Positions 10,305 to 19,929 of a DNA stretch of 64,000 nucleotides are shown in pieces (within the stretch, counting starts at the first letter, position 1; each line of letters begins with the position of its first letter). The DNA is from Bacteroidaceae bacterium (GTDB taxonomy: Bacteria > Bacteroidota > Bacteroidia > Bacteroidales > Bacteroidaceae). The notes under the pieces are model-generated. The model did not search any database and had not been told where the DNA came from. It saw nothing but the letters and a program-made list of their open reading frames with translations. A program made the translations under genes and the position numbers. The stretch is taken from assembly GCA_900771425.1 (NCBI GenBank), contig CAAGNV010000032.1:882-64881 (forward strand). Reading direction: 5' to 3'.

Positions 10305-11417
10305 TTATTGTTTACTTTTACTTTCCCAGTATGCTTCGATGGCCTTTGCTTCCTTGACTGTCAGATGAGTAACTGCTCCGTGCTTTTGCTCGCTGAAGTT
10401 CAGTCGTTGGAGTGGGCATCCTTCTTCTCCGAAATGACCGATAGGGGTGAATGTACGGAAGTCGGAAGTCTCTACGAATCCGAAGTTGTGTGGATTCATG
10501 CTATAATTGTCGAACATGAGTACGTACTTGTCTTCGCCGATGCGCTTCCAACAGTTTGGGGCTTCGTGCCCACCTTTCTCGTTGTCATTATATAAGGTGT
10601 CGATTTCGTAAGGTCCTGTTATGTTGCGGCTTGTAGCATGCACAGGCGTTGCACCATGTTCGTGACTTACGAAGAACAGATGATATGTCTTGCCAACCTT
10701 GATGATGTCGCTGTCGATGACGTTGTACTTACGCTGTGGCGCTTCGAACAGGGGCTGCGGCTTGCTTGTCATCTTTGTAAAATCGTCATTCATATATACG
10801 TAGTAAATGCGGTTTACGCCTCCACCTTCGCGTGTCGTGAAGTGGACAAGCAGTTGTTTGCGCTCTGCGTCGTACACGGTTTCGGGTGCCCACACGCATC
10901 CTACTTCAGACCAATTTATGTCTGGTTGTGCAGGTAATGATGAGAAATCGAGGTTAGTACGTGTCCAATGTATGAGGTCGAACGACTTCATTAGTACTAA
11001 TCCACGGTTGTTGCCCCAACCGTATTTACCGTCGCGTTCCCATTCAGTATCACGGTATTCCGAGAGTTTGGAGAACCGTGGATTGTCTTTGTGCTTCTTT
11101 TGTGAGTAAATGTGCAGGTCTGTCATTGCAATGCAGAATCCTCCGTCGGGCGCACGGAAGATGTGAGGGTCGCGGATTCCGTGCTGTACGGCAATGCTGT
11201 CGCCTGATATCACGGGCTTGTCGTCATTGAGTGCTTTCCAGACGTAACCGTCGTAACTGATTGCCATGTGGAGGCTGTGGTCGGCATCTTTGTGATACAC
11301 CATAAGGTATGCTCCCATCTGCTTTTCAGATGGAATCTTGTGCTTCTTGGCGTGTAAACTGCATGGCAACGCTGTCAATAGTGCGATTCCTGCAATGAAT
11401 AATAGTCTTTTGTTCAT
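10305..11417 (-). CDS. GH43-like five-bladed beta-propeller glycoside hydrolase, secreted
   Basis: Signal peptide MNKRLLFIAGIALLTALPCSLHA plus IRDPHIF, WAPE and HEAP motifs resembling clan GH-F enzymes. The subfamily cannot be assigned by eye. Confidence 0.7.
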   Translation of the reverse strand: MNKRLLFIAGIALLTALPCSLHAKKHKIPSEKQMGAYLMVYHKDADHSLHMAISYDGYVWKALNDDKPVISGDSIAVQHGIRDPHIFRAPDGGFCIAMTDLHIYSQKKHKDNPRFSKLSEYRDTEWERDGKYGWGNNRGLVLMKSFDLIHWTRTNLDFSSLPAQPDINWSEVGCVWAPETVYDAERKQLLVHFTTREGGGVNRIYYVYMNDDFTKMTSKPQPLFEAPQRKYNVIDSDIIKVGKTYHLFFVSHEHGATPVHATSRNITGPYEIDTLYNDNEKGGHEAPNCWKRIGEDKYVLMFDNYSMNPHNFGFVETSDFRTFTPIGHFGEEGCPLQRLNFSEQKHGAVTHLTVKEAKAIEAYWESKSKQ

Positions 11418-11463
11418 AATAGAATAAGTTTGGTTTATGTGTAATGGTTCGTTCTTTTACAGT

Positions 11464-14400
11464 CTATTTTATCAAAACTTTCTGTCCGTTAACGATGTAG
11501 AGTCCTTGGGGTAGGGCAGAAAGTGTGGGTGTCTTGTCTGTGTAGGCAATGAGTTTTCCATTGAGGTCATATACCGTGACGCCATGGAAAGCATTGTCTG
11601 TCGGTATTCTGTCAATGCTGACAACTGCATCAGAGAGTGCACGGATACCAAGTTCTGCGGCCGATGCCCATTTGTTGCCGTTTACTTCAGAGAGTGCCAC
11701 GAACTTGAAGTAGCGTGCCTTAGTCATCTTGCTGAGTTTCACTTCCTGTTCGCTTCCGTTGTTGGCAAATGTGCCCTTGGCATCTGGAGTAGTGCTCCAT
11801 GACGTAGGTGAGTTGCTGAAATATAGTTCGTAGTTGGCTACACGACCGTTCTGACTGCCGTCGTTACGTCCCTGATAAAGGAAATGGGTGATGTTGTATG
11901 CCTTGCGCATGTCGATGATGATGGTGTGAGGGTGACTTGGTTCTGTTCCCCAGTAACTTGTGTGCCAGAATGTTGCCGAGTTTCCGTCTATTGCGTTCTT
12001 TGCTGCTTCGTTGCCGCCTTGCTCGCTGCTCACGCTGATAACCTGCCATACACCTTTATTTATATACATGTCGTACGAATAAGTTGACACTTGGCTCTTG
12101 GCAAGCCCTTCCTTTTCGCAGTATGTGGTGATGGTGCCGCCGTCAGTAAACGAGAAAGAGGCTGTGTACTTCTGGTAAGTTGTTCCGCCGTTTGTGCTGT
12201 AATATATTGTGGCACCTGGAGTTGTGGTGCTCAGCGTGATTCGTCCCTTATTGTATGAAACATTGACTGGCTGGCACTGAGGATTGGCGATGCGGCCTTT
12301 CTCGGTGAGTTGCTGATCTGTAAGTTTCTCTGTGAGAGGCAGAATGATAAAACCGAACGTACGGCGTGATGCCTTCAGCTCGTACTGAGAGAGTACGTCA
12401 GGTCCGCAGCTATTGTTGCCCAAACCTCTGGTTGCGGCATCGAGGCATACAATATTGTTCTTGGTGAATGTCACTTCGTAAGGGTGCTTCTTACGGTTGT
12501 CGCGGTTGGTATAGATGTCCTTTGCACGCCAATGTCCTACGGTAGAAGACATGAGTTCTGGGGCAACGACCATAAGTCCATTGCCTTCGTCGTTGGTGAG
12601 GGCAATGAAGCGAACCTCTTCGTGATTGCCGTTTTCCTGTGGCAGCACATAACCAGTCCATTGGTCCGTCACGGTACTGTGATAAAGTCCTACGTGGCAG
12701 CACTCCTTGCGGTCACGATAGTTTTCCCAAGGTCCGCGTCCGTAGAAGGTGAATTGTTCGTAACCTTCAGGCATTTCGAATGTGTAACCCATCTTTGGCA
12801 GTACGGTCTCCTTCTGTGCTGGGTCAATGATGCTGTTTACTACGATTGCGCCGTCGGGCAGTATGCGATAAGACAAGTCGGTGGTAAACTTAGTGCCGTT
12901 TGTACCAGTGTAAGTGCTTGTTACGCTGATGCTGACTGCATTGTCCTCATTGCTTACCAACCAGTTTGATGCCTTGGCAGTAAGGTTGCGAAGCCCCATG
13001 TTGTCCCATTCTGTCTTATGACTGCCGTCGTTGTCGGTAGGTACACGGAATGCATTGAACTTGAGGCTACTGCTGATAAGCTTCACGCCGTCGTATGTGT
13101 AGCTCTGGAGCTGCCCATTGGTCTTGGTGAATGATACCTCGAAGTTGGCACCCTTGACCGTATAAGTCGTGCTTGTTTCGCTGACGTTGATGTCGCCAGG
13201 TACGGACGTGTAGATAGGTTTATCAAGAGCCTTGCGCAGACGGAATTGTTCGGATGCTACCTCGTAACCAGCTTCTGCCCAGTCGGTTGCCTCACGCATC
13301 TTGGCACTGAATCGTATGAAATATTCTGCTCCGTCTTTTGTCTCGGTTGGCATGAGGTCGGAAATCGTAAACTTCTTGTTGTTGCCGCCGGTAATATCGA
13401 CATCGATAGTGCCGTCCTTCACCTTTATGCCGTCCTCAAGTACTTCGTAGCTGAAGGCGTAGCGATTAAGGTTTGCGAAGGTCATCTTGTTCTTGATAGT
13501 GAAGATACCCTTGATGCTGTCGTTCATCACGAAGTCGGCAGGTTGGTAAATCTTCTTGACATTGAGAGCCTTGGCAGAGTATGTGTAGTCAGCAAAGATA
13601 ACTCCGTTGGTGCAGAAGTTGCCGTCGTTAGGGTTGTCGCCAAAGTCGCCTCCGTATGCCCAGTATGTCTGTGAAGGTCTGTTAGGTACAGGCATGGAAA
13701 GTCCTTGATCCTTCCAATCCCATATGAACTCGCCTGCGAGAGCGGGATATTTCTCGTACAAGTCGAAGAACTCGCGCTGATTACCCATTGAGTTTCCCAT
13801 GGCGTGGGTGTTCTCGCATTGCACATGTGGACGAGGCTTCTTTCCGCTGTTGGCTTCGTTTTGTCGGTCACGTCCGATGCCTTCGATTGTACCTACGGAT
13901 CCATACATGGTGCTGGTCACGTCGCTCCAATTGCTGTTACCCTCATAGTGAGTGAGGCGTGATGTGTCGAGTGCCTTGATGGCTTTCGATACGGCTTCGA
14001 AGTTGTTTCCGCCACCTGATTCGTTGCCAAACGACCAGAGACAGATACAACTATGGTTGCGCATCCATAGGACATGGCGCTCGTTGCGCTCAACCATGGC
14101 TGCCTTGAACTTGTCAACACTTGATAGTCCTGTGTTGCCGTGGCACTCCACGTTCGCTTCTGCCAATACGTAGAGACCGTACTTGTCGCAGAGGTCGTAC
14201 AGATAAGGGTTGTTAGGGTAGTGACTGGTACGTATGGCGTTGATGTTCAGTTTCTTCATGAGAAAGATGTCTTTCTCCATTTCTTCTTTCGAAACTGTGC
14301 GTCCGTTCTCGGTACTGAAGTCGTGACGGTCAACTCCGTGGAACTTAATTGCCTTGCCGTTGATGGCGAGTGCTCCGTTCTGCAGTACACTGACTTGACG

Positions 14401-15465
14401 GACACCGAGTTTGTTTCCGCGTACGTCAACCACCTTCTTTCCGTCCTTGAGCGTGAGCACGAGGTCGTAGAGGTTTGGTTCTTCTGCGCTCCATAGGCGT
14501 GGGTTGTCAATAGTCATGCTGATGGCCTTCTTGCCCAATGAAGATGCGTCAACAGAAGTTTCGGCAACGATGTTTGTTCCGTCCATCACCTTTACCTCGA
14601 GAGTTCCGTCAGAGAGCGCATTGCCCTGAATGTCAGCGGTCAGCTTCACGGTTGCTGTCTTGTTACCAGTGCCGAGGGTAGTTGTGGCAAAGTAGTCGCG
14701 TACCTGAGTCTTCGGTGCTGACCACAGGAAGACGTCGCGGGTGATACCTGTGAGTCGCCAGTAGTCCTGATCTTCAAGGAATGATCCGCTCGTGAATCGG
14801 TAAACCTGAACTGCAATGGTGTTCTCGCCCTTGACGAGCTTATCTGTAATCTTCCATTCAGAAGGAAGATATGAGTCTTCGGCATAGCCAACGAACTGGC
14901 CGTTAACCCATACATAGTATCCGTGACCGGCTCCGTTAAAACGAACGTACACGTCGCGCCCGTCCCATGACTGTGGAACCGTGAACGTACGTCGGTAACT
15001 GCCCACCGGGTTCTTCATATTACTATTATAGGTGAACCATCCTGGACGGTCGGCCATGACGCTATAAGTTGAGTTGTTATAGCTGAAAGGGTAGTTTACG
15101 TTGGTATATAGAGGCTTGTCCCAACTCTTGCCGTGACGAATGCCGTACACTTGCCATGTGGCAGGTACGTCGATATTATCCCATGCGGCATCGTTGTAAG
15201 ATGTCTGCTCGAAGCCTTTCGGACGGAGCGAAGGGTCTTTAACCCAACGGAACTTCCAGACACCGTTGAGCGACTGATAATATGGTGATTGCTCAATTTG
15301 ATTGACACTGACAGACGCTTCGTCAGCAAATGGAATAGCGAGCGTATGTGCAGGTTCGCGGTTAAGACTGTTGATGCTCACGTCGTCCCATTCGTTCATC
15401 GTCTGTGCATTGAGAGTAAGTGTAGTAGTTAGGAGCAGGGCTCCAAGGGTTAGTTTACATTTCAT
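11464..15465 (-). CDS. large GH2 beta-galactosidase with C-terminal discoidin (F5/8 type C)-like module and T9SS sorting domain
   Basis: Start set at MKCKLTLGALLL (signal peptide). It has WSFGNESGGG and CENTHAMGNS in the GH2 core. The module AAKNAIDGNSATFWHT...ARYFKFVALSEV looks discoidin-like. It ends VYDLNGKLIAY...GLYIVNGQKVLIK. Confidence 0.88.
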   Translation of the reverse strand: MKCKLTLGALLLTTTLTLNAQTMNEWDDVSINSLNREPAHTLAIPFADEASVSVNQIEQSPYYQSLNGVWKFRWVKDPSLRPKGFEQTSYNDAAWDNIDVPATWQVYGIRHGKSWDKPLYTNVNYPFSYNNSTYSVMADRPGWFTYNSNMKNPVGSYRRTFTVPQSWDGRDVYVRFNGAGHGYYVWVNGQFVGYAEDSYLPSEWKITDKLVKGENTIAVQVYRFTSGSFLEDQDYWRLTGITRDVFLWSAPKTQVRDYFATTTLGTGNKTATVKLTADIQGNALSDGTLEVKVMDGTNIVAETSVDASSLGKKAISMTIDNPRLWSAEEPNLYDLVLTLKDGKKVVDVRGNKLGVRQVSVLQNGALAINGKAIKFHGVDRHDFSTENGRTVSKEEMEKDIFLMKKLNINAIRTSHYPNNPYLYDLCDKYGLYVLAEANVECHGNTGLSSVDKFKAAMVERNERHVLWMRNHSCICLWSFGNESGGGNNFEAVSKAIKALDTSRLTHYEGNSNWSDVTSTMYGSVGTIEGIGRDRQNEANSGKKPRPHVQCENTHAMGNSMGNQREFFDLYEKYPALAGEFIWDWKDQGLSMPVPNRPSQTYWAYGGDFGDNPNDGNFCTNGVIFADYTYSAKALNVKKIYQPADFVMNDSIKGIFTIKNKMTFANLNRYAFSYEVLEDGIKVKDGTIDVDITGGNNKKFTISDLMPTETKDGAEYFIRFSAKMREATDWAEAGYEVASEQFRLRKALDKPIYTSVPGDINVSETSTTYTVKGANFEVSFTKTNGQLQSYTYDGVKLISSSLKFNAFRVPTDNDGSHKTEWDNMGLRNLTAKASNWLVSNEDNAVSISVTSTYTGTNGTKFTTDLSYRILPDGAIVVNSIIDPAQKETVLPKMGYTFEMPEGYEQFTFYGRGPWENYRDRKECCHVGLYHSTVTDQWTGYVLPQENGNHEEVRFIALTNDEGNGLMVVAPELMSSTVGHWRAKDIYTNRDNRKKHPYEVTFTKNNIVCLDAATRGLGNNSCGPDVLSQYELKASRRTFGFIILPLTEKLTDQQLTEKGRIANPQCQPVNVSYNKGRITLSTTTPGATIYYSTNGGTTYQKYTASFSFTDGGTITTYCEKEGLAKSQVSTYSYDMYINKGVWQVISVSSEQGGNEAAKNAIDGNSATFWHTSYWGTEPSHPHTIIIDMRKAYNITHFLYQGRNDGSQNGRVANYELYFSNSPTSWSTTPDAKGTFANNGSEQEVKLSKMTKARYFKFVALSEVNGNKWASAAELGIRALSDAVVSIDRIPTDNAFHGVTVYDLNGKLIAYTDKTPTLSALPQGLYIVNGQKVLIK

Positions 15466-15513
15466 GATTGTTTGATTTGATTGTTTATCGATTTGAATTA
15501 TGTTTGATGTGTG

Positions 15514-15521
15514 CAAAGTTA
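15514..15521 (-). promoter_or_regulatory. -7 promoter box (TAACTTTG on minus strand)
   Basis: CAAAGTTA on the plus strand, about 50 nt upstream of the ATG at 15465. Confidence 0.5.
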
Positions 15522-15634
15522 CGAAAAATATGTGAGTTGGCATTGTTCCCGACGGCTTAATTTGGTCATAGGTGTGTTTTAATCATAAAAATAGTTGAGT
15601 TTCTCATTAATATGAATAGGTGTCTGAAGTAATT

Positions 15635-15693
15635 AGCGCTTGTACGGACATTCGTAAGTGCTTGTGATGGCCTTTACAAGTGCTTGTAAATAC
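15635..15693. repeat. three AGYGCTTGT words spaced exactly 22 nt apart
   Basis: AGCGCTTGTA at 15635, AGTGCTTGTG at 15657 and AGTGCTTGTA at 15679. The last lies inside the palindrome TTTACAAG-TG-CTTGTAAA (15673-15690). Confidence 0.7.
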
Positions 15694-15731
15694 AAAAACG
15701 TATGGACGTGTGCCTCATCGCGTCCATACGT
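15691..15731 (-). terminator. rho-independent terminator after blc
   Basis: Perfect 11-bp stem ACGTATGGACG/CGTCCATACGT followed by a T-tract on the minus strand. Confidence 0.8.
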
Positions 15732-15739
15732 CTCATTGT

Positions 15740-16291
15740 CTATGATGCGCTCTTGTCTTTCGCTTTCCCGTTGATGTTGCGTGACTGGTCAACCCAGATT
15801 AGCCGTTCGGTGTTGTAACCACGTTCCTCAGCCTCTTTCAATATCTTCTCTTTCACGGCATTGGTTATGGTCGGCGTACGTGACAGGATCCATAGGTACT
15901 TGTCGGAACTCGACCCAATCAGCGCGTACGAATAGTCGGGTGCGAGCATCATGACGCGGTAGTCGGAGTAGAATGGTCCGAAGAACGATACTCGCAGCAG
16001 TCCGGCGGTATTCGTAGTCTTTGCTTTTCCAATAGCATACTTGCGCTTTCCGTTCTTCCATCCAGAGTTCTCTACCACGAGAGTTCCGTCGTCGTTCTTG
16101 GTGTAGTAGGCTGTCGTGCTTTCCTGGCCACGCTCGAATTTGTGGTCGAACCGTGCAATCTCGTACCACTTTCCGAGAAACCGTTCAAATTGTTTGATGG
16201 CAACAGTTGAATTGTCGATGTCGTCATCAGCCATTGCAGGGACGATGGGCAAGAGTCCGCACAGCATCGTCGTCAGTAAAATGTTACTCAT
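15740..16291 (-). CDS. blc: bacterial lipocalin (Blc-like outer membrane lipoprotein)
   Basis: 183 aa. GKWYEIARFDHKFERG and YRVMMLAPDYSYALIG are typical lipocalin motifs. Confidence 0.85.
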   Translation of the reverse strand: MSNILLTTMLCGLLPIVPAMADDDIDNSTVAIKQFERFLGKWYEIARFDHKFERGQESTTAYYTKNDDGTLVVENSGWKNGKRKYAIGKAKTTNTAGLLRVSFFGPFYSDYRVMMLAPDYSYALIGSSSDKYLWILSRTPTITNAVKEKILKEAEERGYNTERLIWVDQSRNINGKAKDKSAS

Positions 16292-16365
16292 AATGTGTTT
16301 GTGCTTTTAGAATTTTACATTGATTTGTACTTGTCGTTTTTTTGAGGCTTTGTTGTTTCCGGTGG

Positions 16366-16373
16366 CAAAGTTA
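16366..16373 (-). promoter_or_regulatory. -7 promoter box (TAACTTTG on minus strand)
   Basis: CAAAGTTA about 75 nt upstream of the blc ATG. Confidence 0.45.
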
Positions 16374-16472
16374 GGGCAGATAATCGTACATAACAGTACT
16401 CCTTTAACGCTTTTTATCGATAACAACTATTGAAAAACTCAATAGGTTGCATATCGTATTAAATCTTTTTCG

Positions 16473-16480
16473 TAACTTTG
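16473..16480 (+). promoter_or_regulatory. -7 promoter box TAACTTTG
   Basis: TAnnTTTG match 27 nt upstream of the ATG at 16507. Confidence 0.5.
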
Positions 16481-16506
16481 CACTTCAAACAATCAATTCT
16501 GACGAT

Positions 16507-18927
16507 ATGAACATGGACTATATCATCGACAGTGATAACCACAAGGCAAAGGTCAAGGCTGCCAACGAGAAAGCAAAGCGTGGCACAGTGACAGCCGCTG
16601 TCATCTTTATTTGGGTATGTGTCATTCTGTTGCTCCTTGCCGGCGCAGCAGGAGTATATGCCATTTCGAAAGGATGGCTCGGCAAAATTCCTGAGATTGA
16701 AGAACTGCAAAACCCTATCAATAAATATGCCTCACGCGTGTATAGCGACGACGGAGTGCAGATAGGTACATGGAGTTACGCTACGCAGAACCGTCTGATG
16801 GTACCTTATGACTCCATACCTCAGGATCTCGTGAATGCACTGGTCGCAACTGAAGACGAGCGATTCTTCGAGCATTCGGGCATTGACTTCCAGGCACTCG
16901 GACGTGCAATAGTCAAGACCGTGTTTATGGGCGACAAATCGGCAGGCGGTGGTTCGACCATCACGCAGCAACTTGCAAAACAACTCTATACTGACGTGGC
17001 GAAAGACATGGTAGGACGTATGATGCAGAAGCCTATCGAGTGGTATATCGCAGTACAACTCGAGAAGTATTATACAAAGGAGGAAATCATTGCCATGTAC
17101 CTCAATCAGTTTGACTTCCTCTACAATGCCGTCGGCATCAAGAATGCAGCATACACATATTTCGGCAAGTCGCAGTACGACCTTACTCTCTCTGAGTGTG
17201 CAACGCTCGTAGGTATGTGTAAAAACCCTTCACTCTTTAACCCAATTCGTAGCAACGAACGTTGCGTAGAGCGCCGAAACGTAGTACTCGAGCAGATGCT
17301 CAAGAACGGATACATATCTAAGGAAACGTGCGAAGCCACTCAACAACAACCGATTGACGTGTCGTTGTTCCGTGTTACGACAACCAATGAAGGTCCTGTA
17401 CCTTATATGCGCGAGTACCTCCGCCGCATACTTATGGCTGAAAGACCTGTACGCGAACAATATGCCTCATGGCAGTACCAGCAATTCTATGACGACTCAC
17501 TCGCCTGGGAACAAGATCCTCTGTATGGTTGGTGCAACAAGAATCGCAAGAAGAACGGCGAAAACTATAATATCTACACTGACGGTTTGAAGATTTACAC
17601 CACTATAGATACCCGAATGCAGAAGTATGCCGAGCAAGCTATGCGCGACCATGTGGCAAGATACCTGCAGCCAAGTTTCGACAGACTCAAAGGACGATAT
17701 GCCAATTTCCCTTATATTGGAGTAAGCAAGTCGCGTGCTGAAAACCTCATCCTACGTGCCATGAAACAGAGTGAGCGCTGGCGAGCATTGCAGGATGCAG
17801 GTTACAGTGAAGATAAGATTGTAGCCTCGTTCAACACGAAGACACACATGACGATACTCAAATACGCAAGCGACGGAACATGTTACGAAGAACAAGTAGA
17901 GATGACTCCGCGTGACTCTATCCTACATTACAAGAAATTCCTACGTTCTGCAATGATGGCAATGGATCCTCAGACTGGTTATGTCCGTGCTTACGTGGGC
18001 GGTCTCGATTTCAAGCACTTCCAGTATGACAACGTAATGGGAGGCGGTCGTCGTCAGGTAGGTTCTACTATTAAACCATACCTCTATTCATTGGCAATAC
18101 TCAACGGAGAGAACCCACATTCACCTATCAGCACTGCACAGTTCTCAGCAGGAGGCTGGCATCCTAAAGGTGGTGTAGGCGCAGGTCACGACCTTGCCTC
18201 TGCACTTGCTGCTTCAAGCAACCAGGCATCAGCACGACTCATAGACCGTTACGGTCCGAAGAACTTTATCAACCTCTTGCATCAGTATGGCATTCGTACA
18301 CAAAATATCGATCCGACACTCTCGCTCTGTCTTGGTGTCTGCGACATAAGCGTAGGCGAAATGGTCAGCGGATATAGTGCCTTTGCCAATCAGGGACTCC
18401 GAACAGAGCCACTTCTCGTTACCCGTATAGAAGATGCTTCGGGTAACATTGTCGCACAGTTCACTCCACGAACCAATGAGGTACTTTCTAAAGAGAACGC
18501 ATATCAGATGGTACTCATGCTCCGAGGCGTAATCGACCACGGTACCGGACGTGCCCTGCGTTCAACAATCCATGCTGATATGGGTGGCAAGACAGGTACA
18601 ACCAACAGTCACGTCGATGCATGGTTCATGGGCTTTACACCACACCTCGTAGTTGGATGCTGGGTCGGTGGCGACGAAAACGACATCCACTTTGACTCAA
18701 TGTCAGTTGGTCAGGGCGCTAAGGCTGCACTCCCTATCTATCACAAGTTTATGAACAGCGTATATCGTGACGGCCGATTCGGTGTGAGCCAATCTGATAA
18801 GTTCGTCGAACCAGAGGACTTCGACCCTTACGCCAACGAACTCGACGACCTTCGCAGTTTTGAACACTTAGGCGAACATGATGCTGTCGAAGATGTGTCA
18901 GAAGGCATTGACGATGCTTTCCAATAA
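16507..18927 (+). CDS. mrcA: penicillin-binding protein 1A (bifunctional transglycosylase/transpeptidase)
   Basis: Start set at MNMDYIIDSD. GT51 motifs ATEDERFFEHSGID and GGSTITQQLAK; transpeptidase motifs STIKP and KTGTT. Confidence 0.9.
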   Translation: MNMDYIIDSDNHKAKVKAANEKAKRGTVTAAVIFIWVCVILLLLAGAAGVYAISKGWLGKIPEIEELQNPINKYASRVYSDDGVQIGTWSYATQNRLMVPYDSIPQDLVNALVATEDERFFEHSGIDFQALGRAIVKTVFMGDKSAGGGSTITQQLAKQLYTDVAKDMVGRMMQKPIEWYIAVQLEKYYTKEEIIAMYLNQFDFLYNAVGIKNAAYTYFGKSQYDLTLSECATLVGMCKNPSLFNPIRSNERCVERRNVVLEQMLKNGYISKETCEATQQQPIDVSLFRVTTTNEGPVPYMREYLRRILMAERPVREQYASWQYQQFYDDSLAWEQDPLYGWCNKNRKKNGENYNIYTDGLKIYTTIDTRMQKYAEQAMRDHVARYLQPSFDRLKGRYANFPYIGVSKSRAENLILRAMKQSERWRALQDAGYSEDKIVASFNTKTHMTILKYASDGTCYEEQVEMTPRDSILHYKKFLRSAMMAMDPQTGYVRAYVGGLDFKHFQYDNVMGGGRRQVGSTIKPYLYSLAILNGENPHSPISTAQFSAGGWHPKGGVGAGHDLASALAASSNQASARLIDRYGPKNFINLLHQYGIRTQNIDPTLSLCLGVCDISVGEMVSGYSAFANQGLRTEPLLVTRIEDASGNIVAQFTPRTNEVLSKENAYQMVLMLRGVIDHGTGRALRSTIHADMGGKTGTTNSHVDAWFMGFTPHLVVGCWVGGDENDIHFDSMSVGQGAKAALPIYHKFMNSVYRDGRFGVSQSDKFVEPEDFDPYANELDDLRSFEHLGEHDAVEDVSEGIDDAFQ

Positions 18928-19036
18928 ATTAATAAGGTAATAGACCTATTAATCTTGTTAGGTTCATCGCGGATCCATAATTCATAGAATACAATCATAG
19001 CTAAACAATAATATTAATTAAAGACTTTATTTACTC

Positions 19037-19795
19037 ATGCGCTTCTTGGCAATAATACCGGCACGCTATGCGTCAACACGCTTCCCGGCAAAGCCCTTGG
19101 CAATACTCGGCGGCAAGACCGTAATACAGCGTGTTTACGAACAAGTAACGAAAGTTTTTGCTGATGCCGTTGTCGCAACAGACGATCAGCGTATATTCGA
19201 CTCCGTGCAGGCTTTCGGAGGCAAGGCCGTGATGACGAGTACAAGCCATCGCAGCGGTACGGACAGATGCTACGAAGCATTGCAGAAAATGGGAGAGGAC
19301 AAATATGACGTGGTTGTCAACGTACAGGGCGACGAACCATTCATTCAACCTTCACAACTCGAAACAATAAGACAATGCTTTGATGATAGCGCAACCGACA
19401 TTGCCACATTGGTGAAACCATTCGCTGACGACGCCACGTTTGAACTGCTTGAGAATCCAAACTCACCTAAGGTAGTGGTCAATTCCCGCATGGAAGCGAT
19501 GTATTTCAGCCGTTCCGTCATTCCATATTTCCGTGGAAAAGACAAGGACGAATGGCTCAAGAATCATAAATATTACAAGCACATAGGGTTGTATGCATAC
19601 CGTACTACCGTACTGCACGAGATAACAAGTTTGCCTCAATCGTCGCTTGAATTGGCAGAATCGCTCGAACAACTACGCTGGCTTGAGAATGGTTACCGTA
19701 TCAAGGTAGGCATCACAAATGTGGAAACTATCGGCATCGACACACCCGATGACCTTCGACGTGCGGAAGAATTCCTTGAATCGACTTCATTGTGA
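19037..19795 (+). CDS. kdsB: 3-deoxy-manno-octulosonate cytidylyltransferase
   Basis: 252 aa with IIPARYASTRFPAKPL and NVQGDEPFI motifs. Confidence 0.92.
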   Translation: MRFLAIIPARYASTRFPAKPLAILGGKTVIQRVYEQVTKVFADAVVATDDQRIFDSVQAFGGKAVMTSTSHRSGTDRCYEALQKMGEDKYDVVVNVQGDEPFIQPSQLETIRQCFDDSATDIATLVKPFADDATFELLENPNSPKVVVNSRMEAMYFSRSVIPYFRGKDKDEWLKNHKYYKHIGLYAYRTTVLHEITSLPQSSLELAESLEQLRWLENGYRIKVGITNVETIGIDTPDDLRRAEEFLESTSL

Positions 19796-19835
19796 ACAAT
19801 GTATATAGGTAATCCTAGAATTCAGCGTTATAATG

Positions 19836-19872
19836 AAAGCGCCTCTTTTCTTGTGATGAAAGGAGGCGCTTT
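19836..19872. terminator. bidirectional hairpin between kdsB and the SGNH hydrolase gene
   Basis: 10-bp stem AAAGCGCCTC/GAGGCGCTTT with flanking A/T runs. Confidence 0.7.
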
Positions 19873-19929
19873 CGGCATTTTACATGCATGTGTAAGGCAG
19901 TACTCACCTTACTGCTGTCATTGACTTGC

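Noticed and set aside
10062-10595. 177-aa plus-strand ORF whose translation contains HRRSSVL/HRRSSKL repeats
   Set aside because: The peptide repeat is only the 21-nt DNA repeat of family A read in one frame. The ORF starts in a non-coding spacer, runs antisense into the GH43-like gene, and resembles no protein.
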